From: Anaerolineales bacterium
GTDB lineage: Bacteria; Chloroflexota; Anaerolineae; Anaerolineales; DRMV01
DNA length: 64,000 nt
Reading direction: 5' to 3'
Assembly: GCA_026996855.1 (NCBI GenBank)
Contig: JALWJZ010000015.1
Coordinates: forward strand, 2,997-66,996
The notes below the pieces were generated by a model. It had not been told where the DNA came from. It saw only the letters and a list, made by a program, of their open reading frames with translations, and did not search any database. The position numbers and the translations under genes were made by a program. Shown here piece after piece: positions 9,683 through 17,746 of the stretch. How positions within the stretch are numbered: the stretch's first letter is position 1; each line of letters begins with the position of its first letter.

Positions 9683-10537
9683 TCAGGGCGCTCCCGGCGA
9701 GGGAATGAGGGGAGAAACGTCCACCGGGCGGAAGTTGGTCACCACCAGCACGGCTTGCAGATGGGCGAAGTCTACCGCGGGCTGTACCGCGGCTTCCTGG
9801 AAAAGGGCAAAGCCCACCCGTCGGGTGCTGACCACCTGGCCCACCAAAATGTTGGGCGGGTACTGCCCTCCCAGGCCCGAGGTGACCACCAGGTCGCCGG
9901 GCTGGATTTTGGCCTCCAGGGGCACCAGGGTCAGTTGCAGGTCGCCGGTGAGGCTGCCGGCCAGCACCGCGTCTACGTTGGACGGGGTGGTGCGCACGTT
10001 CACCCGCGAGGAAGGGTCGGTGATGAGCCGCACCCGGGCCGCGGTAGGGATGACGGCGTCTACCTGGCCCACCAGGCCCTTGTCGGCCACCACGGGCATC
10101 CCGGGCCGTACGCCGTCGTCGGAACCGACGTTGATGAGCACGTAATGCAAGAAGGGGCTGGGGTCTCGCCCGATGACCTGGGCCACCAGGTACTCGTGTT
10201 CGGGGTGCTGGCGAGCGAAATCCAGGAGCGCGGCCACCAATTCCAGTTGGGAGACCTGCAATTGCAATTCCGCCACTTGAGCGCGCAGACGGTTGACCTC
10301 CGCTTCCAATTCCTGGTTGCGACGGCGCAGCTCTTCCACTTCGGTGGGCGAAGTGAGCAAATCCTGGATGGAATAGACGTAGCGGGAGGTCCAGGTCTGG
10401 ACGGCAATCAAAGGCCGAGTAGCGGCCCGGAGCATGGGGCGCAAATACCCCGTTAGGGCCAGAAGAACCAAGCCCAGGGCCATCAGTCCGAACGCGGCCC
10501 AATACATCCAGCCCGGCAATGTGCGGAAACGTTCCAT
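9683..10537 (-). CDS. mreC: Rod shape-determining protein MreC
   Basis: An N-terminal TM is followed by a coiled coil (ELRRRNQELEAEVNRLRAQVAELQ) and beta domains (GMPVVADKGLVGQV, GDLVVTSGLGGQYPPNILVGQV). Confidence 0.85.
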   Translation of the reverse strand: MERFRTLPGWMYWAAFGLMALGLVLLALTGYLRPMLRAATRPLIAVQTWTSRYVYSIQDLLTSPTEVEELRRRNQELEAEVNRLRAQVAELQLQVSQLELVAALLDFARQHPEHEYLVAQVIGRDPSPFLHYVLINVGSDDGVRPGMPVVADKGLVGQVDAVIPTAARVRLITDPSSRVNVRTTPSNVDAVLAGSLTGDLQLTLVPLEAKIQPGDLVVTSGLGGQYPPNILVGQVVSTRRVGFALFQEAAVQPAVDFAHLQAVLVVTNFRPVDVSPLIPSPGAP

Positions 10538-10553
10538 ACAACCCTTGCCCCGG

Positions 10554-11156
10554 TCACGCCATTTCCTGGCGCCCCATCAAAGCCCGCACCAACGTCAGGG
10601 GGTCCGCGTACTCCAAATCGCCGCCCGAAGGCAGGCCCTGGGCCAGTCGGGTTACCCGGACCCCCAGGGGTTTCAGGCGTTCGTAAAGGTACATGGCGGT
10701 GGCGTCGCCTTCCAGGCTGGGGTTGGTGGCCAGGATGACTTCTTGGATGCCTTCGGCCGGGATGCGTTCCAGGAGTTCACGAATCCGCAGGTCTTCCGGC
10801 CCCACGCCTTCCACCGGGGAAATCACGCCGTGCAGCACATGGTACCGGCCCTGGTACACGCCGGCCTGCTCCAGGGCCAGCACGTCCAGGGGGTCCTCCA
10901 CCACGCACACGGTGGCGGGGTCCCGTCGCGGGTCCCGGCAAATGGCGCAAAACGCCTGTCCCTCTTCAGTAAGGTGAAAGCAGCGGCGGCACAGCGTGAC
11001 CCGCTCCAAATCCTCCAAGGCCTGGGCCAGGTCCCGGGCCAGGGGAAGATGACGAAGCAAGAAGAAAGCCAGCCGCGCCGACGTCTTCGGCCCCACACCG
11101 GGAAGGCGCTCCAGGGCCTGCATCAAACGCTGTATGGGTTCGGGTAGAACGGGCAT
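10554..11156 (-). CDS. recR: Recombination protein RecR
   Basis: Contains LPGVGPKTSARLAFFLL (HhH), a C4 zinc finger (CRRC...CAIC) and a Toprim domain (VCVVEDPLDVLALE). Confidence 0.95.
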   Translation of the reverse strand: MPVLPEPIQRLMQALERLPGVGPKTSARLAFFLLRHLPLARDLAQALEDLERVTLCRRCFHLTEEGQAFCAICRDPRRDPATVCVVEDPLDVLALEQAGVYQGRYHVLHGVISPVEGVGPEDLRIRELLERIPAEGIQEVILATNPSLEGDATAMYLYERLKPLGVRVTRLAQGLPSGGDLEYADPLTLVRALMGRQEMA

Positions 11157-11291
11157 CCTTCATGCACTCCACGGAAGCGCGCACATCCACCTCTTGCCGT
11201 CGAAAGCCCATCCCGCTGTTCCGGCAACTTGACACGCCCGGTCCAAAAGCGGTTCACGACGACCATGACGGGGGCATCGCGCCCGCTGAGC

Positions 11292-11300
11292 ATTATACAG
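11292..11300 (-). promoter_or_regulatory. Extended -10 (TGTATAAT) candidate promoter for recR
   Basis: The minus strand reads CTGTATAATG. The same 10-mer occurs upstream of the ATPase gene at 15152-15160. The -35 is weak. Confidence 0.35.
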
Positions 11301-11387
11301 AGGGAGGGGTGGGTTTGGAAAGCCGCCCCTCCCTACCCCCGAGAACGGGCGGACGAAAACCTTGCGACGGGGCGTCGGGGCACCCGT

Positions 11388-12164
11388 TCATCGGGCCTGG
11401 GGCCGGTCCGCCACCACCGGGTTGCGCAGCACCCCCAGACCTTCGATTTCCACCTCTACCACGTCTCCCGGATGCAAGGGGCTTACGCCGGCAGGCGTCC
11501 CCGTGAGGATGACGTCGCCGGGTTCCAGCGTCATTACCGAGGAGACGAAGGCGATGAGTTGGGCCACGGAGAAGACCATTTCTTGGGTGTTGCCCATCTG
11601 GCGCACTTCGCCGTTCACCCGACAGAGTACCGTGGCCTGGGCTGGATCGAAGTCGGTATCCACCCACGGCCCCAGGGGGGCGAAGGTGTCAAAGCCCTTG
11701 GCTCGGGTCCATTGCGGGTCCCGGCGTTGCAGGTCCCGGGCGGTCACGTCGTTCCCCAGGGTATACCCCCATATGTACTTCAAGGCCTCGTCCACCGAAA
11801 TCCACCGGCCCCGCCGACCGATGACCACGGCCAACTCGGCTTCGTGCTCCACCTGGCGGGACTGGGGCGGCAGGCGAATGGGTTCTTCCGGGCCGATGAC
11901 GGCGGTGGGGGGTTTCAGGAAAATCAAAGGCACCGCGGGCACCTCGGCACCGTGTTCGGCCGCGTGGGCCGGGTAGTTACGTCCCACACCGATGATTTTG
12001 CGGGGAAGCACCGGGGGCAGGAGCCGCACTTCCTCCAGGTCCCAGCGCAGTTCCTCGCGCTCGTACTCGTCGAAAGGCGAACCTTTGACCGGGCCGACAC
12101 GCCCTTCGTGGACCCAGGCGTAGCCCTCGTAACCGTCGGGGGTTCGGATGCGTGCCCAGCGCAT
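11388..12164 (-). CDS. Fumarylacetoacetate hydrolase (FAH) family protein
   Basis: Supporting motifs are [50 protein letters not shown] and [12 protein letters not shown]. Confidence 0.85.
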   Translation of the reverse strand: MRWARIRTPDGYEGYAWVHEGRVGPVKGSPFDEYEREELRWDLEEVRLLPPVLPRKIIGVGRNYPAHAAEHGAEVPAVPLIFLKPPTAVIGPEEPIRLPPQSRQVEHEAELAVVIGRRGRWISVDEALKYIWGYTLGNDVTARDLQRRDPQWTRAKGFDTFAPLGPWVDTDFDPAQATVLCRVNGEVRQMGNTQEMVFSVAQLIAFVSSVMTLEPGDVILTGTPAGVSPLHPGDVVEVEIEGLGVLRNPVVADRPQAR

Positions 12165-12165
12165 G

Positions 12166-12366
12166 TCAACCTCCTGCCGTCATGTGGATGACCTTGACGT
12201 CGTCGCCGTCTTTCAACTCGTAGGTATCCCACTGTTCGCGGGGGATGATTTCTCCATTGACGGAAATGACCAGGCGGGGAAAGGTGAACTTCATCTCGTC
12301 CAGTAGGTCCCGAATGGTCATGCCGGGTTTCCATTGCACCTCGAATTTGTTGTTGACACGAATCAT
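12166..12366 (-). CDS. ThiS/MoaD-family ubiquitin-like sulfur-carrier protein (66 aa, C-terminal GG)
   Basis: Sequence [66 protein letters not shown]. An RBS GGAGGTGAAGCCG lies before the ATG at 12366. The stop is 1 nt before the FAH start. Confidence 0.75.
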   Translation of the reverse strand: MIRVNNKFEVQWKPGMTIRDLLDEMKFTFPRLVISVNGEIIPREQWDTYELKDGDDVKVIHMTAGG

Positions 12367-12499
12367 CGGCTTCACCTCCGTGACGTGACGGTTTCGCAGA
12401 ATGGGCAGAAAGGGTGGTTGCCTTTTGGGGCGCTTTTCAAGCATAGCGCCCTTTCCGGGCCGGAGGAAGCCCTCTTGCCCTTTAGGACGACGGGCTTTT

Positions 12500-14995
12500 T
12501 CAGCCCAGGGAGGTGCTTTCACCCTCCTCGTGGGGATCGTGGAAGGCCGGCAGGTCCACCAGGTTTTGCCCATCACCGAAGACGTGATAGGGCATCCAGG
12601 CGATGCCGAACATTTCCACCTGCACGCTTCGCTGTGAAGGCTTCAACAGAAGGACCTCCACCTCTTCCAGCATCTCGGCCCATTTGGCCCGCGCGTCTTC
12701 CATGGCCTCGTCCATCGCTTGTTCCAGTTCCCGGATGCGCTCCCGATATTCCGCGATGAGGGCCTTGGATTCTTCGATGTCGGCTCGAGCCTTTTGGGCC
12801 AGGCGGCGTTTGGTCAGCGAAGAAGTGAGCCGACGCCGTCGCCCCAGGAAAAGCCCCAACACGTTCTCCGCGTGGGTGACCCATTCCTCCCGTTTGCGCT
12901 GTTCGTATTCCGCCAAATCCTGGGCCAGTTCCCGCTCTTCCCGGGCCAGTTTGGCGCGCAATCGCTCCAGTTTGCGCTGGTACTTCTCCCGAATTTTGCG
13001 CAATTCCTTTTCCAGGCCCTCACGAGCCGCTTCGCGCAACCGGCGCTTGAAGCGGGATTCCGGCTCATCCGGCCCTGCGTACACCTTGAGGGCCTTGTGC
13101 ACCCGCACCGGGATGCGAATCCGACGCAGCAGGTAGGTTTTGAACGCGCGTTGCAGGCGTTTGAGGTCCGAGGCTCGGGTCCAGGGAGGCTCCAAGGGGA
13201 GAAAGCGGGCCTCGGGAACGGGTTCCATCTCGAAGAAATCCGGGTCTTTGGGCGCGGCCATCCAGGCTTCCCAATCCACCCGGCGGTCGGGCTCTTCCAC
13301 CAGCGCCGCGTACAGGGTTTCCCAATCCAGGTTGTATTTGCTCTTCACCACGTGGATGCGGGCCTGAGCCCACAGGGCGGGTCGATACACCACCCCTAAG
13401 TAGGGCAGGCCTTCCGCTTCGGGGTCGCGTGCGACTTCCTGATGGGGAATTTCCACGGGCCAGAAGTATTCCTCGCCGGGCACGCGCGGGCGGGTTGGTG
13501 TGCCCGGCAGGGTGACCGGTGCGACAGGCGAGGGCGCCGCGGTGGGGGCCGATGCGGTTCGATGCACCGGCTGGGGTTGAGGAGCCGTGGCTTCCATGCT
13601 CCGTTCCACCCCCAGCAGGCGGTTGAGCAAGGGAATTTGGGCGCGAGTCAGCGGCCCGGGAAGATAGTTCATGGCCCAACGGGTGTGGTATACGATGGGT
13701 TCGGATTCGTGCACGTTGTGCAAGAGGAAGACTCGTTTTCGCAGGCGGGAGATCAAGGCATCGTAAGCCTGCCGGTCCATGCCCGGCGCGGCGCCTTCCA
13801 GGCCGTCCAGCAAACGCAGTTTGTCCCGTTCCGTTTGCAAACGGCCGATGAACCAGGTTCCCGCGTTGCTCAAGGCTTTGTAGTCGATGTCTACGGGGTT
13901 TTGGGTGACCAGCACCAGGCCCACGCCAAAGGCCCGGGCCTGTTTGAGCATCCGCAACAGGGGTGGTTTGGAAGGGGGATTGGCCACCGGGGGAAGGTAG
14001 CCGTAAATTTCGTCGAAGTACAGGATGGCCAGCAGGGCGTCGCTGCCGGGTTGGGTGCGCATCCAGGTTTCCACCGCGGTGAAAAGGAGGGTCACGAAGA
14101 ACATGCGCTCCCGGTCGCCCAGGTGGGCCAGGTAGAACACGCTGTGCCGGGGTTTGCCCCTTTCGTTCCACAGCAGGCGTTCTACGTCCAGAGGAAGGCC
14201 CTGAAGCCAGGGCTGAAAGGTGGGGGAGGCCAAAATGTTGTTGAGCCGCATGGCCAGGGCCGTGCGCTCCTTTTCCGGGAAGAAGGTTTCCAGGTCGAAC
14301 ACCCCCAATTTGTCGAAAGGCGGACGCTGCACCTGCATGATAAGGTCGGCCAGGGTCAGGTCCTGCCCCTGGGACCAGGCATGGCGGAAGATGTTGGCCA
14401 GGAGCACGTGCTCTCGCGATTGCAGGGGGTCCACCTCGTCGTACCCCACCAGGCCCAGGAGCGCGGTCACCGTGCCGTTGATGCGTTCCAGGATGAGTTC
14501 CTGGTTGCCTTCCCAGGGAAGGCGGGGCGCGGCCAGGGAAGCGAGGATGGAAACGGGCACGCCGGCGTCGGAGCCGGGGGTGAACACCACGAAATCCACC
14601 TGCTCGTCCAATTGGCGGATGCGCTTCGAATCGATACCCCAGGAAGCCAGACCCTTGCGCCACAGGGCCGCGGTTTCCGCGGCTTTTTCTTCCACGGTTT
14701 TGCCCTCGCGTCGGGCCTCTTCGGGGGAAATCCAGGGCTGGAAGTCCTCCGGGCGCAACTCGGGAAAGTGCAGCCCAATGTTGGTCAGGTCCCCTTTGGG
14801 GTCGATGTACAGCGCGGGAATGCCCGTGAGTGCGGCCTCTTCCATCAACGTGATGGCCAGTCCCGTCTTGCCCGACCCCGTCATCCCCACGATGAACGCA
14901 TGGGTGGTCAGGTCGTCGGGGTCGTAATAGACGGGTTCGTCCAGCATCCGGCCCGCGTCCAGGTCGTAACGCTTTCCCAGAAACCATTTCTCCAT
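12500..14995 (-). CDS. HerA/FtsK-type (YjgR/DUF87-like) P-loop ATPase with Pro-rich linker and long C-terminal coiled coil; function unknown
   Basis: Walker A is IVGMTGSGKTG and Walker B is AILYFDEIYG. YIDPKGDL and GVGLVLVTQNPVDIDYKALSN resemble E. coli YjgR. The C-terminus contains REKYQRKLERLRAKLAREERELAQDLAEYEQRKREE. Confidence 0.7.
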   Translation of the reverse strand: MEKWFLGKRYDLDAGRMLDEPVYYDPDDLTTHAFIVGMTGSGKTGLAITLMEEAALTGIPALYIDPKGDLTNIGLHFPELRPEDFQPWISPEEARREGKTVEEKAAETAALWRKGLASWGIDSKRIRQLDEQVDFVVFTPGSDAGVPVSILASLAAPRLPWEGNQELILERINGTVTALLGLVGYDEVDPLQSREHVLLANIFRHAWSQGQDLTLADLIMQVQRPPFDKLGVFDLETFFPEKERTALAMRLNNILASPTFQPWLQGLPLDVERLLWNERGKPRHSVFYLAHLGDRERMFFVTLLFTAVETWMRTQPGSDALLAILYFDEIYGYLPPVANPPSKPPLLRMLKQARAFGVGLVLVTQNPVDIDYKALSNAGTWFIGRLQTERDKLRLLDGLEGAAPGMDRQAYDALISRLRKRVFLLHNVHESEPIVYHTRWAMNYLPGPLTRAQIPLLNRLLGVERSMEATAPQPQPVHRTASAPTAAPSPVAPVTLPGTPTRPRVPGEEYFWPVEIPHQEVARDPEAEGLPYLGVVYRPALWAQARIHVVKSKYNLDWETLYAALVEEPDRRVDWEAWMAAPKDPDFFEMEPVPEARFLPLEPPWTRASDLKRLQRAFKTYLLRRIRIPVRVHKALKVYAGPDEPESRFKRRLREAAREGLEKELRKIREKYQRKLERLRAKLAREERELAQDLAEYEQRKREEWVTHAENVLGLFLGRRRRLTSSLTKRRLAQKARADIEESKALIAEYRERIRELEQAMDEAMEDARAKWAEMLEEVEVLLLKPSQRSVQVEMFGIAWMPYHVFGDGQNLVDLPAFHDPHEEGESTSLG

Positions 14996-15151
14996 GACGC
15001 AACCTCCACCGGGGCCTCCCTTTCGTAAACGGCGGCGTGCAAGACGGTCGGGAGGGACACCGTTTTTGTGCTGGGAGAATGAAGAAGAGCACTATCGCAC
15101 CGTTGAAGGCGGGGACGAGTACCGAACTTCAACGGGGATCGGGTTGCTCTC

Positions 15152-15160
15152 ATTATACAG
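15152..15160 (-). promoter_or_regulatory. Extended -10 (TGTATAAT) candidate promoter for the ATPase gene
   Basis: The minus strand reads CTGTATAATG. The roughly 150-nt leader contains a 9-bp hairpin (CCGTTGAAG/CTTCAACGG) and an RBS GGAGG. Confidence 0.35.
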
Positions 15161-15236
15161 GGCCTGCCCCTTTGCCCAAAGCGAGGCCCGTTGATTGCAG
15201 CCCGCGCCCCACCCGCGCGCAGTACGTCTCAATTGG

Positions 15237-15265
15237 TTGACATCTTTAGGGCCTTGCGATAGAAT
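15237..15265 (+). promoter_or_regulatory. Sigma70-type promoter of rplJ-rplL
   Basis: TTGACA (15237-15242), a 17-nt spacer and TAGAAT (15260-15265). Confidence 0.6.
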
Positions 15266-15271
15266 GCGGGC

Positions 15272-15490
15272 GGTTTGTACAGCGGAAGAGCCGCGCTGAA
15301 GACCGCAGGGGCCCTTACCAGGGCTTAAACCCACACCCTGCCGAGGCGCAGAGACGGTTGCCCCTCATCCATAGAGGGGTGGAACGTCTTTGCCCGGCGG
15401 GTGGCAAAGACGTTTTGTTTTATTAGGGAGGGGCAACTCCCTGATTGCGAAAACCCAGATGTCTTCCACCTGATTGCAAGGAGGTGTACC
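15272..15490 (+). promoter_or_regulatory. rplJ leader (putative L10/L12 autoregulatory attenuator)
   Basis: A roughly 220-nt untranslated leader lies between the promoter and the TTG start. It contains a terminator-like hairpin, and its position matches known L10 leaders. The family assignment is not verified. Confidence 0.5.
15383..15424 (+). terminator. Attenuator hairpin inside the rplJ leader
   Basis: AACGTCTTTGCC (15383-15394) pairs with GGCAAAGACGTT (15403-15414) and is followed by TTGTTTTATT. Confidence 0.6.
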
Positions 15491-16036
15491 TTGGCCATTA
15501 CACGTGCCCGGAAGGAAGAATTCCTCAAGCAGTACAAGGAGTACCTGGAAAAGGCCCAGGGGATGGTCCTGGTGTCCTTCCAGGGATTGACCGTGCCCGA
15601 GACCCAGGAACTGCGCAACAAATTGCGGGAGACCGGTGCCACCTACATGGTGGTGAAGAACACCTTGCTCCGTATCGCGCTTCAAGAGACCGATTACCCC
15701 CTGCCGGAAACCCAGGTGCTGGAGGGCCCCACGGCCGTGGTCTTCGCTTTGGAGGACCCCGTGGCCGCGGCCAAGACCGTGGTGGACTTCATGAAAGAGC
15801 ACGAGGAGAATCTGACCATCAAGGCCGGGTACCTGGAGCGTCGTGTCATCACAGCGGACGAAGTGGTGGCGCTGGCCAAACTGCCGCCTCTGCCCGTGCT
15901 GCGGGCGCAACTCATCGGTCTGCTCACCACGCCGGCCACCCGTCTGGTGCGGGTGTTGGCCGAGCCTGGGCGGCAACTGGCTGCGTTGGTCAAGGCTTAC
16001 AGCGAGAAGCAGGCCGAGGCCGCCCCGGCAGCCTGA
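15491..16036 (+). CDS. rplJ: 50S ribosomal protein L10
   Basis: A TTG start lies 6 nt after AGGAGG. The product begins (M)AITRARKEEFLKQYKEYLEKAQGMVLVSFQGLTV, a typical L10 N-terminus. The track ORF start at 15401 is rejected. Confidence 0.9.
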   Translation: MAITRARKEEFLKQYKEYLEKAQGMVLVSFQGLTVPETQELRNKLRETGATYMVVKNTLLRIALQETDYPLPETQVLEGPTAVVFALEDPVAAAKTVVDFMKEHEENLTIKAGYLERRVITADEVVALAKLPPLPVLRAQLIGLLTTPATRLVRVLAEPGRQLAALVKAYSEKQAEAAPAA

Positions 16037-16120
16037 GAGGGTGCATCCAAGCACCGAAAGGGGTTCGTACGTCCGCTTGCCTAAGCGTGTAAAAACCAAA
16101 CCAACAGGAGGTTGTGAACC

Positions 16121-16507
16121 ATGGCCGATTTGGAGAAGTTGGTCGAGGAATTGAGCCAGTTGACGGTGATGGAAGCCGCCGAACTGGCCAAGATGCTGGA
16201 AGAGAAGTGGGGCGTTTCCGCGGCTGCGCCCGTGGCCGTCGCGGCCGTACCCGGTGCTGCGGCTCCTGGCGCGGCCGAAGAGGCCAAGGAAGAGAAGACC
16301 GAATTCGACGTGGTCCTCAAGGACACCGGCCCCAAGAAGATTCAAGTCATCAAAGTCATCCGCCAACTCACCAGCCTGGGCTTGAAAGAGGCCAAGCAGG
16401 TGGCCGAAACCCCCGGTGCCAAGGTGCTGGAGGGCGTGCCCAAGGAAGAAGCCGAAGCCGCCAAAGCCAAACTGGAAGAAGTGGGCGCGGTGGTGGAAAT
16501 CGTCTGA
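16121..16507 (+). CDS. rplL: 50S ribosomal protein L7/L12
   Basis: Supporting segments are [37 protein letters not shown] and [21 protein letters not shown]. Confidence 0.97.
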   Translation: MADLEKLVEELSQLTVMEAAELAKMLEEKWGVSAAAPVAVAAVPGAAAPGAAEEAKEEKTEFDVVLKDTGPKKIQVIKVIRQLTSLGLKEAKQVAETPGAKVLEGVPKEEAEAAKAKLEEVGAVVEIV

Positions 16508-16539
16508 GGCGCTTTTCACACCCTCCTCGACCCGCCTCG

Positions 16540-16577
16540 AAAGAAAGCAGCGGCTCCGGTCGCTGCTTTCTTTTTTC
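16540..16577 (+). terminator. Intrinsic terminator after rplL
   Basis: AAGAAAGCAGCG pairs with CGCTGCTTTCTT around an 8-nt loop, followed by a T-run. Confidence 0.8.
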
Positions 16578-16706
16578 GTGGGAAAAGTCGCCGGTTCTCC
16601 CTTCCTTTTGGCGGGAGATTCGGTATGATTTTCTCGAAAAGAAGCCGGTGTTGGAGTCGTTTTGCGCCTTTTGGCCCTGCAAAACGGCAAACCACCTGTG
16701 TGAGGG

Positions 16707-17216
16707 ATGGCGATGCGGTTGGCCATCGTGAGCGATTCCCACGACCATCTTTGGAACATCGACCGGGCACGGCCCTATCTGGCCCAGGCCGATGCCCTGT
16801 TGCACTGCGGGGACTGGGTCGCGCCCTTTGCCCTGAAGCGTTTCATCGAAGCCATGCAGGGCAGGCCCCTTCACGGTGTCTTTGGGAACAACGACGGCGA
16901 ACGGCGTTTGTTGGCGTTGATTGCGCAGCAACACCCCCAGGTGCACCTGTACGGCGATTTTGCCGCCCTGGAATTGGGCGACTTGCGCATCGCCCTGACC
17001 CATTACCCCGAAATCGCGCGGCCCCTGGCCGCCAGCGGTCAGTATCACCTGGTCTGTTACGGGCATGACCATCAGGCCCACGAAGAGTGGGTGGGCGAAA
17101 CGCTGCTGCTCAACCCCGGAGAACTCTTCGGAGGCTTGACGGGACGCAGCACGCTGGTGTTGCTGGATGCCCGCACCCGCACCCCTACGTGGGTTACCCT
17201 CAACGAAGAGGCCTGA
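16707..17216 (+). CDS. YfcE/MJ0936-type metallophosphoesterase
   Basis: Supporting motifs are LAIVSDSHD, HCGDW, GNND and GHDH. Confidence 0.8.
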   Translation: MAMRLAIVSDSHDHLWNIDRARPYLAQADALLHCGDWVAPFALKRFIEAMQGRPLHGVFGNNDGERRLLALIAQQHPQVHLYGDFAALELGDLRIALTHYPEIARPLAASGQYHLVCYGHDHQAHEEWVGETLLLNPGELFGGLTGRSTLVLLDARTRTPTWVTLNEEA

Positions 17217-17319
17217 GAACGGGTGCCCATCGGGGCCTCGATAGGTTTCGGAAAAGGTCGTCAAGCCCGCACCACCAGTCCATTCCCCCTGAGTTAACGC
17301 CCCTTTCGGGAGGTGGCTC

Positions 17320-17502
17320 ATGGCCGAGGTCAAAGAGCAAGGCGTGGTCACGGTGGTCACGCTGAAGCCGGGCGAGAAGGTGGCCCTGTGCCGCTGTTAT
17401 CGCTCCAAGAAATTCCCCTTCTGCGACGGCAGCCACAAAGAGGAGCCGGGCAAGGGTCCGGCCGTCGTGGAAGTGGCCAAGGAAGCCAGCGCTTCCTCGT
17501 GA
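17320..17502 (+). CDS. CDGSH-type iron-sulfur domain protein (60 aa)
   Basis: Contains [16 protein letters not shown]. An RBS GGGAGG lies before the ATG. Confidence 0.85.
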   Translation: MAEVKEQGVVTVVTLKPGEKVALCRCYRSKKFPFCDGSHKEEPGKGPAVVEVAKEASASS

Positions 17503-17695
17503 AGCACGGGCTTATGAAGCGAAAAAGCCGCGCTTGCAGGCGCGGTTCTCAGAAAATAAGGCTGGGTTTGCCGCGATACATCGCCTTGTGAAACTGGGTG
17601 AAGGCGGCCTCACCGCCAAAACAAGGTTTGCTTTGATGGATGATCGCCATCTTTATGTGGTGGGCGAAAGCCCACCACATAAGGCCAAATTTCAG

Positions 17696-17724
17696 AGCCG
17701 TGCCCCGGGCGCGGCTTTTTTGTT
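17696..17724 (+). terminator. Hairpin plus T6 about 200 nt downstream of the CDGSH gene
   Basis: AGCCGTG(CCC) pairs with (GGG)CGCGGCT and is followed by TTTTTTGTTG. It lies between convergent genes. Confidence 0.45.
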
Positions 17725-17746
17725 GATGGTGAAAGAGGGTGACCCC

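Noticed and set aside
12367-12499. A search for a TPP riboswitch upstream of the ThiS-like gene.
   Set aside because: I found no CUGAGA/ACCUGAUCUGGAUAAUGCCAGCG-like core, only a simple hairpin and the RBS.
15479-15494. An exact 16-mer AGGAGGTGTACCTTGG shared by the rplJ start region and the lipoprotein start region (31709-31724).
   Set aside because: Both copies are an SD sequence plus spacer plus TTG start. Half of the match is explained by function, and the flanks diverge immediately. It is probably convergence or chance rather than a repeat element.
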